Below are positions 13,001-23,423 of a stretch of DNA of 64,000 bases, piece by piece (the first letter of the stretch is position 1; each line of letters starts with the position of its first letter). A program made the position numbers and the translations under genes. This DNA comes from a bacterium (GTDB lineage: Bacteria > UBA8248): assembly GCA_965213625.1 (NCBI GenBank), contig CBDBZU010000004.1, positions 3,936,001 to 4,000,000 of the forward strand. The letters are read 5' to 3'. The notes under the pieces were generated by a model. That model searched no databases. It worked only from the letters and a program-made list of their open reading frames with translations, and was not told the origin of the DNA.

Positions 13001-14126
13001 CGGAGACGTAGAGAATCGCCAGCTTGGGGATTTTCTTGTCACGCAGGGCTGCGAGAACTTCAGAGGTGATCTCGAGGTTCGTGTCGAAGAGCACCTCGCC
13101 GGTTTCAGGATCGGCCACCGGCTGGGCAAGTATGCCCCCGACGACTTCCTCATCCTTGAGTTCGAGGGTCTCCACACCCGCAGACTGGAGCTTCCGAAGC
13201 GCGGCGCGCGTGAACTTTCGGCCCGCACGCAGAACAAGCTCGCCCGACTCGGGCAGAACGATGTCTTCGTATATCCTCTGGTTCACCATGAGTTCGGAGA
13301 GTTTCTTGTAGTAGATGTCCCTCTTCTCGTCGTAGAAGAGTTCCTCGCTCTGGTAGAAGGAATTGAGGATGTCGTCTTTGTCCAGGCCGAACGCGCGCAG
13401 CAGGATGGTGACGGGAAGCTTGCGCCGCCTGTCAATTCGGACGAAGAGCAATTCCTTGCTGTCGAACTCGAAGTCCAGCCAGCTTCCCCGGTAGGGGATG
13501 AGTCTGGCCGTGAAGGCCGATTTGGCGGTGGGCTTCGCCTTGTCCGCGCTGAAGAAAGCACCGGGAGAGCGGTGCATCTGGCTGACGACGACCCGCTCCG
13601 TGCCGTTGATGATAAAGGTGCCGTTCTCCGTCATCAGGGGGATTTCCCCCAGATACACCTTTTGCTCCTTCACCTCGCGGACGCGGCGCTCCTTGGTCAG
13701 TTCGTCATTCTCATACACAGTGAGGCGCAGCATGACGCGCAGGGGCGCGACGTAGGTCATCCCTCTCTGGCGGCATTCATCCGCCTCGTGTTTTTGCCGG
13801 CAGAATATCTCCACCCCGTCGTCGTCCTTGATACCGGGGCCGCCAAGGTTGGGATATTCGTTGCCCTTCGACTCCCAGATGCCTATTTCATAGCCGAGAT
13901 ATTCGAGCGTAACGTTCTCGGCGGCATCGGAGATGGGGAAGACGCTGCGAAACACGCCTTCGAGCCCCTCGTCCGTACGGCGCTCGGAGGGGTCTGCATC
14001 CCATTGAAGGAACCGCTCGTAGGAGGAAAGTTGAATGTCGATCAAATTCGGAATATCGATAACCGCAGGTATAGAGGCGAAATCCTCACGAACCCGACGG
14101 CCGTTCTTGCCATTTTTTCCATTCAT
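10080..14126 (-). CDS. rpoB: RNA polymerase beta subunit
   Basis: [36 protein letters not shown]. Confidence 0.99.
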   Translation of the reverse strand: MNGKNGKNGRRVREDFASIPAVIDIPNLIDIQLSSYERFLQWDADPSERRTDEGLEGVFRSVFPISDAAENVTLEYLGYEIGIWESKGNEYPNLGGPGIKDDDGVEIFCRQKHEADECRQRGMTYVAPLRVMLRLTVYENDELTKERRVREVKEQKVYLGEIPLMTENGTFIINGTERVVVSQMHRSPGAFFSADKAKPTAKSAFTARLIPYRGSWLDFEFDSKELLFVRIDRRRKLPVTILLRAFGLDKDDILNSFYQSEELFYDEKRDIYYKKLSELMVNQRIYEDIVLPESGELVLRAGRKFTRAALRKLQSAGVETLELKDEEVVGGILAQPVADPETGEVLFDTNLEITSEVLAALRDKKIPKLAILYVSGVGADRTIRDTLTSDKCDTQEDALVEIYKRLRPGDPPTKETARLLFENLFFNSKRYDLSRIGRLKLNTKLGLNLPLDQRTLTLNDVIATVRYIIELRHGQGAVDDIDHLGNRRVRSVGELLESQFRVGLVRMERAIRERLSIQDMENLMVRDLVNSKMITAAVKEFFGSSQLSQFMDQTNPLSEITHKRRLSALGPGGLTRDRAGFEVRDVHATHYGRICPIETPEGPNIGLIASLSTYARVNQYGFIETPCRKVVNGRVGESVEWLSAIDEDKYKIAQANAPVDDKGNLVNEFVSARTSGEFVMVPREQVDYMDVSPKQLVSVATSLIPFLENDDANRALMGSNMQRQAVPLLRPEAPYVGTGMEGIAARDSGAVVIAQCDGRVASVDATRIVIRAKEQAGNLAEEGVYIHNLVKYRRSNQNTCINQKPIVHVGQDVKQGDIIADGFSTDQGELALGRNMLVAFMPWNGYNFEDAIVISEKVVKEDIYTSLHIEEFEIEARDTKQGPEEITRDIPNQSEEALRDLDESGIVRVGARVNPGDVLVGRITPKGETQLSPEEKLLRAIFGEKAGDVRDSSLRVPPGIEGTVVEVRVFSRRGAEKDARMLQIEEAEVNRLEKDYGDEIRILLEEGDARIRSLLIGQLALADVVHPRSGESYFKKGEKLNAEGLASFSGDYLLNLPVENELLEQVKTMSEHTNEQVELLDSILQEKIAKLQRGDELPPGVLKMAKVYVAMKRKLQVGDKMAGRHGNKGVVSIIVPEEDMPYLDDGTPIEIVLNPLGVPSRMNVGQILETNLGWAAKVLGKHFATPVFDGATEQDIVRYTEEAELPPYGKTQLYDGKTGQSFEQKVTVGMIYMLKLHHLVDDKIHARSTGPYSLVTQQPLGGKAQFGGQRLGEMEVWALEAYGAAKTLQEILTVKSDDVSGRTRIYESIVKGENSLEASLPESFNVLMKELQSLALDVELIESGEAPS

Positions 14127-14220
14127 GTTGGCTCACCTCAAAAAAGTGGGGGCGATACGAGTAAAGCACCGATCCCGCCGCGAAATGCAGGGATCAGGCC
14201 ATCGGCATCCCGGGTGAGCC

Positions 14221-14604
14221 CTATGTGATTTCCACCTCCGCGCCAACCGCTTTGAGCTTATCGGCGGCAGCATCGGCGTCTTCCTTGGGAACCGCCTCTA
14301 CGACGGCTTGGGGTGCGCTTTCAACCAAGTCCTTCGCCTCCTTGAGACCAAGATTGGTCAGTTCGCGGACGGTTTTGATAACCTTGATTTTTTCCGAACC
14401 AAAAGCTTTGAGGGTGACGGTGAAATCAGTTTGCTCCTCCGCCGCTTCGCCCGCGTCGCCGCCCGCCGCCATTCCCGCTCCGGCCATCATCATGGGCGCG
14501 GCTGCGGTTACGCCGAACTTCTCCTCGAGCTCCTTGACGAATTCGCTCAACTCCATCACCGTCATGTTTTCAATGAAATCGATTACATCTTCTTTGGTTG
14601 CCAC
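14221..14604 (-). CDS. rplL: 50S ribosomal protein L7/L12
   Basis: [25 protein letters not shown]. Confidence 0.98.
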   Translation of the reverse strand: MATKEDVIDFIENMTVMELSEFVKELEEKFGVTAAAPMMMAGAGMAAGGDAGEAAEEQTDFTVTLKAFGSEKIKVIKTVRELTNLGLKEAKDLVESAPQAVVEAVPKEDADAAADKLKAVGAEVEIT

Positions 14605-14714
14605 AATTCGCCCTTTCCTCGCATTCGCAATAAACCACCGGCCAGATCAAGGCCATTATATTTTGGAAAATTTCGCCGTTTGCCCCCTTTTAAGGGCAAA
14701 CAGAAATATTACAC

Positions 14715-15275
14715 TTATTCTTTCTTTTTGGCAATAGCGTCGACAACATTCATGAACTGGGATATGACGCCGCTCAGAACTCTCGGCAGACCCGCCACGG
14801 GGGCCTGCAAGGCGGAGAGCAGCATAGAGAGCAGAACCTCGCGCGAGGGCAGATCCGCGAGCGACTCCACTTCGGCGGTTTCGAGAAACTTGCCGTCCAG
14901 AACCCCGCCCTTGATCTCGCCGACGGATTCTCCCTTCACGAAATCCTTGAGTATCTTAGCGGGCGTCGAGGGATCGCCATCCGTCGTCACGATGGAAATC
15001 GGCCCGACGAGCCTTCCTCGCAACTCCTCGAAACCCGTGCCTTCTACCGCCCGCTCCGCCAGTGAATTCTTGACGACGGAGAGCCGAACGCCCGCCTCGC
15101 GCGTTTGCCGTCTGAGCGTCGTCATCTGCGCGACGCTCAGCCCGCGATAGTCGAACAAAACCAAAGAGGCGCTCTCGTTGAAACGAGTCTGAAGCGTCTC
15201 TATCGCCTCGGTCTTATCGTCGCGGGGCGCCTTACCCGTCGCCAGCCTTCCCTTCTCCACAACTGCTGTCGCCAT
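14715..15275 (-). CDS. rplJ: 50S ribosomal protein L10
   Basis: DYRGLSV..LR..VVKN, LPSREVLL; position between rplA and rplL. Confidence 0.96.
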   Translation of the reverse strand: MATAVVEKGRLATGKAPRDDKTEAIETLQTRFNESASLVLFDYRGLSVAQMTTLRRQTREAGVRLSVVKNSLAERAVEGTGFEELRGRLVGPISIVTTDGDPSTPAKILKDFVKGESVGEIKGGVLDGKFLETAEVESLADLPSREVLLSMLLSALQAPVAGLPRVLSGVISQFMNVVDAIAKKKE

Positions 15276-15287
15276 TTCAGGGCCTCC

Positions 15288-15992
15288 TTATTTCAACGCC
15301 GCGAGAAGAGACTGGTGGTCGACTTTCACGCCAGGACCCATCGTGCTGGAAATGATGAGGCCCTTGAAGTACACCCCTTTGCTCGCCGCGGGCTTCGCGC
15401 GCACCAGCGCGTCCACCACCGCCGAGATGTTCTCGGAGAGCGCTTGTTCCTCGAAACTCACTTTCCCGATCGGGGCGTGAATGATGCCCGCCTTGTCTAC
15501 GCGATATTCCACCTTGCCCGCCTTGATCTCCTTGACCATGCGGCCCACGTCGAAGGAGACGGTGCCCGATTTCGGGTTGGGCATCAAACCGCGCGGGCCG
15601 AGCAGCCGCCCGAGCTTGCCCACGACGCTCATGACATCGGGCGTCGCCACCACGCGGTCGAACTCCATCCAGCCGCCCTGAATCTTCTCGGCCAGATCAT
15701 CCGCGCCCACGTATTCGGCGCCCGCCTCTTTGGCCTCGGCCACCTTCTCGCCTTTGGCGAACGCCACGACGCGCTCTTCTTTGCCGATACCGTTGGGCAG
15801 TACGACGCTTCCCCTCACCATTTGCTCCGCATGGCGCGGGTCGACGCCGAGCTTGGCGGTGATCTCGACGGTCTCGTCGAACTTCGCCGTGGATATCTCC
15901 TTCACGAGACCAACGGCTTCAGAGAGCGGAATCTGTTTTTCCCGATCGATTCGCTCCCGGCCTTGGTTGTAATTCTTACCGTGCTTGGGCAT
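15288..15992 (-). CDS. rplA: 50S ribosomal protein L1
   Basis: MPKHGK start behind GGAGGAG; [23 protein letters not shown]. Confidence 0.98.
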   Translation of the reverse strand: MPKHGKNYNQGRERIDREKQIPLSEAVGLVKEISTAKFDETVEITAKLGVDPRHAEQMVRGSVVLPNGIGKEERVVAFAKGEKVAEAKEAGAEYVGADDLAEKIQGGWMEFDRVVATPDVMSVVGKLGRLLGPRGLMPNPKSGTVSFDVGRMVKEIKAGKVEYRVDKAGIIHAPIGKVSFEEQALSENISAVVDALVRAKPAASKGVYFKGLIISSTMGPGVKVDHQSLLAALK

Positions 15993-16010
15993 TTGCCTGA
16001 CTCCTCCATC

Positions 16011-16046
16011 GTGGTTCGAACGACGCCCGACCAGAGCGCCTCCCAC
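16011..16046 (-). promoter_or_regulatory. Putative L1-binding autoregulatory mRNA site upstream of rplA
   Basis: Minus strand GUGGGAGGCGCUC-uggu-CGGGCGUCGUUCGAACCAC: GUGG/CCAC stem, purine-rich internal loop and upper stem, resembling known L1 target sites. Confidence 0.6.
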
Positions 16047-16059
16047 CTGGTTCGAAAAA

Positions 16060-16485
16060 CTACCCGCTGACCTCGATTCCCATGCTGCGGGCCGTGCCCT
16101 CTATAATCCGGACGGCCCCTTCGAGGTCGGCGCTGTTCAAGTCCTCTTTCTTGATTTCCGCGATTTCCTCGAGCTGTTTGCGCGTCACGCTGCCCACGCC
16201 TTCGCGCCCGGGTTCGGAGGATCCCTTCGCCAGGGCGGCGGCTTGTTTGAGAAGAGCGGAGGCGGGCGGACTCTTCATAATGAAGGTGAAGCTCTTGTCC
16301 GCATATACCGAGAGCACGACCGGTATGATGGTGCCTTCCTTGCCCTGGGTCTGCGCGTTGAAGGCCTTGCAGAACTCCATGATGTTCACGCCCTGCTGGC
16401 CGAGCGCAGGCCCGACGGGCGGAGCGGGGTTCGCCTGACCGGCCGGTATTTGAAGTTTGATGATGCCAACCGCTTCTTTCGCCAT
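16060..16485 (-). CDS. rplK: 50S ribosomal protein L11
   Basis: [20 protein letters not shown]. Confidence 0.99.
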   Translation of the reverse strand: MAKEAVGIIKLQIPAGQANPAPPVGPALGQQGVNIMEFCKAFNAQTQGKEGTIIPVVLSVYADKSFTFIMKSPPASALLKQAAALAKGSSEPGREGVGSVTRKQLEEIAEIKKEDLNSADLEGAVRIIEGTARSMGIEVSG

Positions 16486-16602
16486 TTTTCCCTCTCAAAC
16501 AGCATAAGCCTGACGTTTCGCCCGGGCTTTGCTTCTCTCTATCTCCAGAAAGCGGCGATTCCGCGCGACTGCGCGAAGCCACGTCCCCGATGAGCCTTCT
16601 CC

Positions 16603-17130
16603 CTATACCTTCTCCACCTGGAGCATCTCGAGTTCCACAGGCGTCGCGCGACCGAAAATGCTGACCATGACCTTGAGTTTGCCCCTGTCGGCGTGAACTT
16701 CGTCGATCTCGCCGGTGAAATTGACGAAAGGCCCGTCTATCACCCGGATGTTCTCGCCTTTTTCGAAATCAATCTTGGGCTTGGGCTTCTCGGCCTCTCC
16801 ACTCATCTGCTTGAGGATGTTTTCCATCTCGGCTTCGGAGAGAGGACTCGGGCTGGTTCCGCCCAGAAAACCCGTCACTTTCGGCGTGTTCTTGACGACA
16901 TACCAGGTGTCTTCGTCGCACTCCATCTTGATCAGGATGTAGCCGGGGAAGAATTTACGGGAACTCGTGCGCCTCTTCCCGCCCTTCACCTTTACTATCT
17001 GCTCGGTGGGAACCACGATTTCACCGAGTTTCTCCTCGTACGCTTCCCCGCGAAACTGCTCTTCGATCGAGCGCTTTACCTTGTTTTCAAAACCCGAATA
17101 GGTGTGCACTACATACCAGTTCATGGACAT
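16603..17130 (-). CDS. nusG: Transcription termination/antitermination factor NusG
   Basis: WYVVHTYSGFE, FPGYIL, KOW motif, IFGRATPVEL. Confidence 0.99.
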   Translation of the reverse strand: MSMNWYVVHTYSGFENKVKRSIEEQFRGEAYEEKLGEIVVPTEQIVKVKGGKRRTSSRKFFPGYILIKMECDEDTWYVVKNTPKVTGFLGGTSPSPLSEAEMENILKQMSGEAEKPKPKIDFEKGENIRVIDGPFVNFTGEIDEVHADRGKLKVMVSIFGRATPVELEMLQVEKV

Positions 17131-17144
17131 GCCGGAATCCTGAC

Positions 17145-17360
17145 CTAGAAGCCGAAATTAAGGAAATAACTGACAGCCCGGGACAACGCCAAGTCGACGA
17201 GCCCCAAATATATCGCAATGATGAAGACGAACACGAGGGCGACGGCGGTTTGCGCCGCCGTCTGGCGCATACCGAGCCACGTCACGCGCTTCGCTTCGCT
17301 CTGCACGTCGCGCAGGAAGGTGCGCCCCAGATGAATCCAGCCCATCACCTTATTCGTCAT
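17145..17360 (-). CDS. secE: Preprotein translocase subunit SecE
   Basis: E.KRVTW followed by one TM helix; between tRNA-Trp and nusG. Confidence 0.92.
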   Translation of the reverse strand: MTNKVMGWIHLGRTFLRDVQSEAKRVTWLGMRQTAAQTAVALVFVFIIAIYLGLVDLALSRAVSYFLNFGF

Positions 17361-17420
17361 TCATTTATTCTCCGCAGCCGCTTCCGAGGCTTTCGAGCCA
17401 ATGTTCAACCGTCGGGTTGA

Positions 17421-17496
17421 TGGCAGGCCAGGAGGGACTCGAACCCCCAACCGCCGGATTTGGAGTCCGGTGCTCTACCAATTGAGCCACTGGCCT
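17421..17496 (-). tRNA. tRNA-Trp (CCA)
   Basis: 76-nt cloverleaf, anticodon loop CTCCAAA, GTTCGA T-loop, encoded CCA end. Confidence 0.97.
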
Positions 17497-17537
17497 GTGC
17501 AAACCTTTATGATTCTGAAACGACCGCTATGCCTATC

Positions 17538-18716
17538 CTACTCGACGACCTCTGTGACGACGCCGGCCCCTACCGTGCGGCCCCCCTCGCGTATCGCGAA
17601 GCGAAGCTCGCGCTCCATCGCTATCGGCGTTATCAACTCCACGTCCAGCGACACGTTGTCGCCCGGCATCACCATCTCACGACCCTCGGGCAGCGTCACC
17701 AGTCCCGTCACGTCCGTCGTACGGAAATAAAACTGCGGCCTGTAGCCGTTGAAAAACGGCGTGTGACGACCGCCCTCTTCTTTCGTCAGAATGTATACCT
17801 CGCCCTTGAACTTCAGGTGCGGCATGATCGAGGCAGGCTGCGCCAGCACCTGGCCGCGCTCTATCTCGTCTTTCTTCACGCCCCGGAGCAGTACGCCCAC
17901 GTTGTCGCCCGCCTGACCCTGGTCCAGGAGTTTCCGGAACATCTCCACGCCCGTCGCAACCGTCTTGCGCGTGTCCGTGATGCCCACTATCTCCACCTCA
18001 TCGCCCACGTTCACGATCCCCCGCTCCACGCGGCCCGTCGCCACCGTCCCGCGGCCCGATATCGAGAACACGTCCTCCACAGGCATCAGGAACGGCTTGT
18101 CCACGTCGCGCACCGGTTCCGGGATGTAGCCGTCCACCGCCTCCATCAAATCGTCTATCGAGGAGGTATCCGTCCCCTCCAGGGCGCGAAGCGCCGAACC
18201 CGGAACCACAGGTATGTCGTCGCCCGGGAACTCATACGTCGAGAGCAACTCGCGGACTTCCAGCTCCACCAGCTCCAGAAGCTCCTCGTCGTCCACCATG
18301 TCCACCTTGTTCAGGTACACGCAGATGTAGGGAACACCCACCTGGCGAGCCAGCAATATGTGCTCGCGCGTCTGAGGCATCGGTCCGTCCGCCGCCGATA
18401 CCACCAGGATCGCGCCGTCCATCTGCGCAGCGCCCGTTATCATGTTCTTCACGTAGTCCGCATGGCCCGGACAGTCAACGTGCGCGTAGTGGCGGTTGTC
18501 CGTCTCGTACTCCACGTGCGCCGTCGCTATCGTGATCCCGCGCTCGCGCTCCTCGGGCGCCTTGTCGATCTCGTCGAATCCGATCTCCTCCGCCATCCCC
18601 TTCTGTGAGAGGTGCTTCGTGATCGCGGCCGTCAACGTCGTCTTCCCATGGTCCACGTGTCCTATCGTCCCTACGTTCACGTGCGGCTTCGTGCGCTCAA
18701 ACTTCGCCTTCGCCAT
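17538..18716 (-). CDS. tuf: Elongation factor Tu (copy after tRNA cluster)
   Basis: Same 392-aa sequence as 1323-2501; true start MAKAKF at 18716. Confidence 0.99.
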   Translation of the reverse strand: MAKAKFERTKPHVNVGTIGHVDHGKTTLTAAITKHLSQKGMAEEIGFDEIDKAPEERERGITIATAHVEYETDNRHYAHVDCPGHADYVKNMITGAAQMDGAILVVSAADGPMPQTREHILLARQVGVPYICVYLNKVDMVDDEELLELVELEVRELLSTYEFPGDDIPVVPGSALRALEGTDTSSIDDLMEAVDGYIPEPVRDVDKPFLMPVEDVFSISGRGTVATGRVERGIVNVGDEVEIVGITDTRKTVATGVEMFRKLLDQGQAGDNVGVLLRGVKKDEIERGQVLAQPASIMPHLKFKGEVYILTKEEGGRHTPFFNGYRPQFYFRTTDVTGLVTLPEGREMVMPGDNVSLDVELITPIAMERELRFAIREGGRTVGAGVVTEVVE

Positions 18717-18900
18717 GGCTTGCCTTCTCCTTCTGATGAATAATCCAAAAGTAACATATTCCAGGAGAGAGGAACCATTTCCCCTCATTCTCGTCATTTC
18801 CGAAAAACGCGCCTTTATACCCGCTCGGGCGAATCTTTGTCCATCGCCAAAGGGAAACTCTACGAACCCGAGGGATTCCAAGGCGTTTCATGCGATTTGC

Positions 18901-18929
18901 AGGATAATGCACAAAGTTCAAAATTTCAA
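18901..18929 (-). promoter_or_regulatory. Possible internal sigma70 promoter for tuf
   Basis: TTGAAA-17-TATCCT on minus strand in the 229-nt tRNA-Thr/tuf spacer. Confidence 0.4.
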
Positions 18930-18945
18930 TGAAATCCGCCTGCCC

Positions 18946-19021
18946 TGGAGCCCACGACCGGACTTGAACCGGTGACCTCTTCCTTACCAAGGAAGTGCTC
19001 TGCCGGCTGAGCTACGTGGGC
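18946..19021 (-). tRNA. tRNA-Thr (GGT)
   Basis: 76-nt cloverleaf, anticodon arm TTCC-TTGGTAA-GGAA, CCA end. Confidence 0.97.
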
Positions 19022-19209
19022 CGGCTGCGTCCCGGGCGTGCGTACTTCATGTATTTCAGCTATTTCAGCCGGAACAACTTCAGCGAACGATGACCCCGGC
19101 ATTCGTTCCGGGCGGATAATACAGCTTATTCCGGCCAGAGCAACCCCGGGAGCCGAAATCCGCACGAATAAAATTCATATCAAGAAAAGGCGAGAGCCTC
19201 GAATCATCC

Positions 19210-19285
19210 TGGAGCGGGAAACGGGGCTCGAACCCGCGACCCTCAGCTTGGAAGGCTGATGCTCTACCATCTGAGCTATTCCCGC
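19210..19285 (-). tRNA. tRNA-Gly (TCC)
   Basis: GCGGGAA acceptor stem, anticodon loop CTTCCAA, CCA end. Confidence 0.97.
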
Positions 19286-19332
19286 CTCTGAACCTAAAGC
19301 GCGTGTCCTAGTCGTCTCAACAATTCATCTAC

Positions 19333-19417
19333 TGGTGGGGAGGGGAGGATTCGAACCTCCGAAGGCTGAGCCGTCAGATTTACAGTCTGATCCCTTTGGC
19401 CACTCGGGAACCTCCCC
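19333..19417 (-). tRNA. tRNA-Tyr (GTA)
   Basis: 85 nt with long variable arm, anticodon loop CTGTAAA, CCA end. Confidence 0.97.
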
Positions 19418-19580
19418 TGGTAACCGCCGTTCAACAAAACAGCCATAAAGCCTATCAATAAAACCTCGCGGGAACCATCCGTTCCCCGAAGCCGCGATAT
19501 CCATCTTCACCCGATGAGGGAAAACGCGTGCGAACGCCAGCCGGAATTCCTGAGCGAGGTTCGGGAGGCGAGTCCCGCCG

Positions 19581-19656
19581 TGGAGCTGGCGAGAGGACTC
19601 GAACCTCCGACCTGCTGATTACAAATCAGCTGCTCTACCAGCTGAGCTACGCCAGC
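19581..19656 (-). tRNA. tRNA-Thr (TGT)
   Basis: 76-nt cloverleaf, anticodon arm CTGA-TTTGTAA-TCAG, CCA end. Confidence 0.97.
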
Positions 19657-19670
19657 CAACAAAGGCGGGT

Positions 19671-19699
19671 AAATTAGGCCCACCGGCGCACCTTGTCAA
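19671..19699 (-). promoter_or_regulatory. sigma70 promoter of the tRNA-tuf operon
   Basis: TTGACA-17-TAATTT followed by a GC-rich stretch, 14 nt upstream of tRNA-Thr. Confidence 0.8.
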
Positions 19700-19789
19700 C
19701 CCCTTTATCCTACCAGAGGGAGTGATTAGCAAGAAGTACGCGGTCAGGCGTTCGATTCTCATAAATCAAGATGTTCGCGATGGTTTGTT

Positions 19790-20554
19790 CTAGGCCTGCG
19801 CCGCGCCCTCGTCGACCACGCGATTCTCGCGCACCCCGTGGAGAAGAATCGCCGCGGCGACCGAGGCGTTCAGCGAAGACACCACGCCCTCCTGGATGGG
19901 AATCCGCACGCGCGCGTCGCAATGTTTGAGCACGAGCGGCCGCACGCCCCTGCCCTCCGCCCCGATGACCAGACAACAGGGCCGTGGCAGTTCGTCGACG
20001 CCAAGTGTCTTGTCCCCGTGCGCGTCCGCCGCCAGCGCCCAATAGCCCGCCTCCTTGAGCGTCGTGACGGCGCGGGCCAGATTCGTCACGCGAGAGAGAA
20101 GTACGACCTCAAGCGCGCCTGCGGCCGCCTTCGCAACGACGGGCGTGAGACCCACGGCGTTATCCTTCGGCCAGACGACGCCGCCCGCGCCCAGGGCCGC
20201 AGCACTCCTCAAGATGGCGCCGAAATTCCTCGGGTCCTGCACGCCGTCGAGCAACAGAATCGGCGGAGTTGCCGCGGGCTGCGCCTCAATGAGGTCTTCG
20301 AGCGAAAGAAGCGGCGTGGGATAAACCTCCGCCACCAGGTTTTGATGCTGTGCGGTGGCGACTTTTTGTGTGAGTTGCTTGGGATCGAGCGCCTCGATGG
20401 GGACCCCGCGTGATTCGGCGTGCCGCACCGCCTCGGCGACCCTGCGGCTCCGGCGGCTACCGGCTATAAACAATCGCTTCACACGCTCCGGCCCGCGCTC
20501 CAGGGCCGCCGGCACGCTGTGCGCGCCGCAGACGTATTCGGGTTTGCGTTTCAA
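19790..20554 (-). CDS. rlmB: 23S rRNA (G2251-2'-O)-methyltransferase, TrmH/SpoU family
   Basis: LDGVQDPRNFGAILRS, IGAEGRG, SLNASVA; follows cysS; TTG start inferred. Confidence 0.92.
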   Translation of the reverse strand: MKRKPEYVCGAHSVPAALERGPERVKRLFIAGSRRSRRVAEAVRHAESRGVPIEALDPKQLTQKVATAQHQNLVAEVYPTPLLSLEDLIEAQPAATPPILLLDGVQDPRNFGAILRSAAALGAGGVVWPKDNAVGLTPVVAKAAAGALEVVLLSRVTNLARAVTTLKEAGYWALAADAHGDKTLGVDELPRPCCLVIGAEGRGVRPLVLKHCDARVRIPIQEGVVSSLNASVAAAILLHGVRENRVVDEGAAQA

Positions 20555-20624
20555 CCGCCAAGCTCTTCGGCGAGGCGTGAAGACGTGGCGCGCGCGCACC
20601 CCCTGGCCTCGCCCGCCCGGTACG

Positions 20625-22088
20625 TCACGGCACCCTTCGCTTCCAGAGGGTGCCACCGGGGCCGTCTTCCAGGACAATGCCGGCCTCTGCGAGTTCTTCG
20701 CGGATACGGTCGGCCTCGGGGAAATCCCTGCTCGCCCGCGCCTGCGCGCGTCTTTCGAGCAACGCATCTATCTCCTCGTCGCGCAAGGAGCCGTTCTGGT
20801 ACTCATCCCCATCTTCGGGCGAAACGCTCGCAGCGCTTCGGAACCACTCCTCGGGCGAATGGGTGAACAGACCCAGAACCCCGCCCACCTCTTCAAAGAC
20901 GCCGCGCGCAAGAGCGGCCGCGGATTCGGGCAGCGCGCCCGCCTTGTTGATGAAGCCGTTTACCCGGCGTGCGAAGTCGAAGAGATACCCCAGGGCGCGC
21001 GCGGTGTTGAAGTCATCGTCCATTGCTTCCACAAACTGCGTCCGGAAGGCGGCGACCTCCTCCTCCATCCGGTCGCGCCAGCCGCCGGCGTCTTCCCCGC
21101 CGCTTCGCGCGAGCCTGAGACGCACGTTATAGAGCCTGTCCAGCCCTTTTCGCGCCTCGCCCACCACCTGATCCGAATAATCCACCGGATGTCTGTAGTG
21201 AGTCCCCAGCAGGAAATAGCGAATCACCTCGGCGGGATGGTCCTCGAGAATCGCCTTGATGGTGAAGAAGTTGCCCTTCGATTTGCTCATCTTCTCGTGG
21301 TTGATCTGCACGAAGCCGTTGTGCACCCAATAGCGCACCCACTCGTGGCCATAACAACCCTCGCTCTGCGCTATCTCGTTCTCGTGGTGGGGGAACACCA
21401 GATCCTCGCCGCCGCCATGGATGTCGAAGCACTCGCCCAGGTAGCGGCTCGACATGACGGAGCACTCGATGTGCCAGCCGGGCCGGCCTGGCCCCCAGGG
21501 ACTCTCCCATTCGGGCTCGCCGGGTTTCGCCGCCTTCCACAGGGCGAAATCGAGCGGGTTGCGCTTGCCCTCGCCCGGTTCGATGCGGTGGCCCGCCTCG
21601 AGTTCCTCGGTGTTGCGGCCCGAGAGCTTGCCGTAGTCTACGAATTTCTCAATGTCGTAGTAGACGTTGCCCGCCATATCGTAGGCGATTCCCTTCTCGA
21701 TGAGCTTTTCGATCATTTCGATCATGCCGTCGATGTTCTCCGTGGCGCGCGGGGCGGCGTCCGCCCGCTGAACACCGAGCGCGTCCATATCGACGTAATA
21801 CTCGCCAATGAATTTTTCGGTCAGCTCGCCGATGGGAATCTTAAGACGCCGGGCGCGGGCGATGATCTTGTCGTCCACGTCGGTAAAATTGCACACGAAA
21901 AGAACATCGTAGCCCCGGTATTCGAAATAGCGGTGAATCACGTCGAAGACGATGGCGGCGCGCGCGTGCCCGAGATGGCAGTGGTCGTACACCGTCACGC
22001 CGCAGACGTACATCTTCACGCGGCCTTCTTCCATGGGCTCGAAGGGTTCTTTCTTTCTCGTCAACGTGTTGTATAGCTGAAGACCCAA
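20625..22088 (-). CDS. cysS: Cysteine--tRNA ligase
   Basis: YVCGVTVYD..HLGH, PGWHIECS, KMSKS; TTG start at 22088 behind GGAGAG. Confidence 0.98.
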   Translation of the reverse strand: MGLQLYNTLTRKKEPFEPMEEGRVKMYVCGVTVYDHCHLGHARAAIVFDVIHRYFEYRGYDVLFVCNFTDVDDKIIARARRLKIPIGELTEKFIGEYYVDMDALGVQRADAAPRATENIDGMIEMIEKLIEKGIAYDMAGNVYYDIEKFVDYGKLSGRNTEELEAGHRIEPGEGKRNPLDFALWKAAKPGEPEWESPWGPGRPGWHIECSVMSSRYLGECFDIHGGGEDLVFPHHENEIAQSEGCYGHEWVRYWVHNGFVQINHEKMSKSKGNFFTIKAILEDHPAEVIRYFLLGTHYRHPVDYSDQVVGEARKGLDRLYNVRLRLARSGGEDAGGWRDRMEEEVAAFRTQFVEAMDDDFNTARALGYLFDFARRVNGFINKAGALPESAAALARGVFEEVGGVLGLFTHSPEEWFRSAASVSPEDGDEYQNGSLRDEEIDALLERRAQARASRDFPEADRIREELAEAGIVLEDGPGGTLWKRRVP

Positions 22089-22179
22089 ATGACTCTCTCC
22101 AAAAATCGCATGGTCGTGGGGATAAAATGTTTTTCGGGTCACGTCCGGGGGGAAATTTGTCATGCTCCGCCGATGGGCG

Positions 22180-22662
22180 TCAAGGAGACTTCTCGCTTAT
22201 CGTGCAAACCGCATGCGCCGCGACGCCCTCCTCGCGTCCCGCGAAGCCGAGTCCCTCGCCCGTCGTGGCCTTGATACCCACCCGATCAGGGGGAATTCCC
22301 AGAATGGAGGAGATGACCTCTCGCATCCCGGGGATATGGGGGGCGAGTTTCGGTCTTTGCGCCACGACGACGGAATCCACGTTGCCCGGCCTCATGCCTC
22401 TCTCTTCGAGAAGCGCCACCACGCGCGCGAGGAGTTCCCGGCTGTCCGCGCCGCGATAGGCCTCGTCCGTATCGGGGAAATGCGCGCCGATGTCACCAAG
22501 GGCCGCCGCGCCCAGGAGCGCGTCGATGATGGCGTGGATGAGCGCATCGGCGTCGGAGTGCCCGGCGAGTCCGCGCTCGTGGGGAATCTCCACGCCGCCG
22601 AGCGTGAGCTTGCGACCCGTCTCGAAGCGGTGGACATCGTAGCCTACCCCGACGCGAATCAA
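22180..22662 (-). CDS. ispF: 2-C-methyl-D-erythritol 2,4-cyclodiphosphate synthase
   Basis: GYDVH, GHSDAD, KATTGEGLGF. Confidence 0.97.
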   Translation of the reverse strand: MIRVGVGYDVHRFETGRKLTLGGVEIPHERGLAGHSDADALIHAIIDALLGAAALGDIGAHFPDTDEAYRGADSRELLARVVALLEERGMRPGNVDSVVVAQRPKLAPHIPGMREVISSILGIPPDRVGIKATTGEGLGFAGREEGVAAHAVCTISEKSP

Positions 22663-23423
22663 GCGGACATCTCCTCTTCGGCGTTTTCCTCAAACGCCAT
22701 CAGCCGCGCGGCGCGCTCCATGTCGCCGGGCGTCGTCACCTTGATGTTCTGCGCGCTTCCCTCCACGAGCCTTACCCGAACACCGACCGCCTCGAGCAGG
22801 GACGCCTCGTCGGTTCCTTCGAAATCATTCGCGTCCGCCCACTCCATCGCACGGGCGAGCAGTTCACGCCGCGCCACCTGGGGCGTCTGGGCGAGCCAGA
22901 GGCCCTCTCGCGGGCGCGTATCTTCGATGAATCCCTCGGCGTCGCCCGTCTTCACCGTATCCACCACGCGCAGGGCCGCTATGGCGGCGCCCGTCTCCCC
23001 CGCGCCGAGCAGGCACCTCTCTATGAGTTCGCGCGTCACCAGCGGCCGCGCCCCGTCGTGCACGACCACCCAGGAGACTTCATCTCCGAGAGCGGCGAGC
23101 CCGTTTCGCACCGAATCCTGACGGCGCGCGCCGCCTTCGACAAGGTGAATCTCCGCGTCCAGTCCTTCGGGAAGAACGGGCGGGTCCGAGCCGGGGGGAA
23201 TCGCCACGACGATCCGGCCCACGAGTCTCGTGTGCGCGATTCGTAATATACAATGGTGGAACAGGGGCTTTCCGGCGAGACTTCGGAACTGTTTCGCCAC
23301 CGAGCCGGGCAGGCGCAACCCTTTGCCTGCGGCGGGCACAATGGCCGCCGTCTCATCCGGCTTCGGCAACTCAGGAGAAGAGCAAGCGCTCTCAGGCGCC
23401 GGTTCGCGATTGTACGGTTTCAT
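22659..23423 (-). CDS. ispD: 2-C-methyl-D-erythritol 4-phosphate cytidylyltransferase
   Basis: [28 protein letters not shown]; exact start uncertain. Confidence 0.95.
   Translation of the reverse strand: MKPYNREPAPESACSSPELPKPDETAAIVPAAGKGLRLPGSVAKQFRSLAGKPLFHHCILRIAHTRLVGRIVVAIPPGSDPPVLPEGLDAEIHLVEGGARRQDSVRNGLAALGDEVSWVVVHDGARPLVTRELIERCLLGAGETGAAIAALRVVDTVKTGDAEGFIEDTRPREGLWLAQTPQVARRELLARAMEWADANDFEGTDEASLLEAVGVRVRLVEGSAQNIKVTTPGDMERAARLMAFEENAEEEMSA

Noticed and set aside
18717-18881. 55-aa N-terminal extension of EF-Tu in the ORF track (similar extensions for rplA, rpoC, dcd, csp)
   Set aside because: RBS and homology place the starts downstream; the extensions are longest-ORF artefacts
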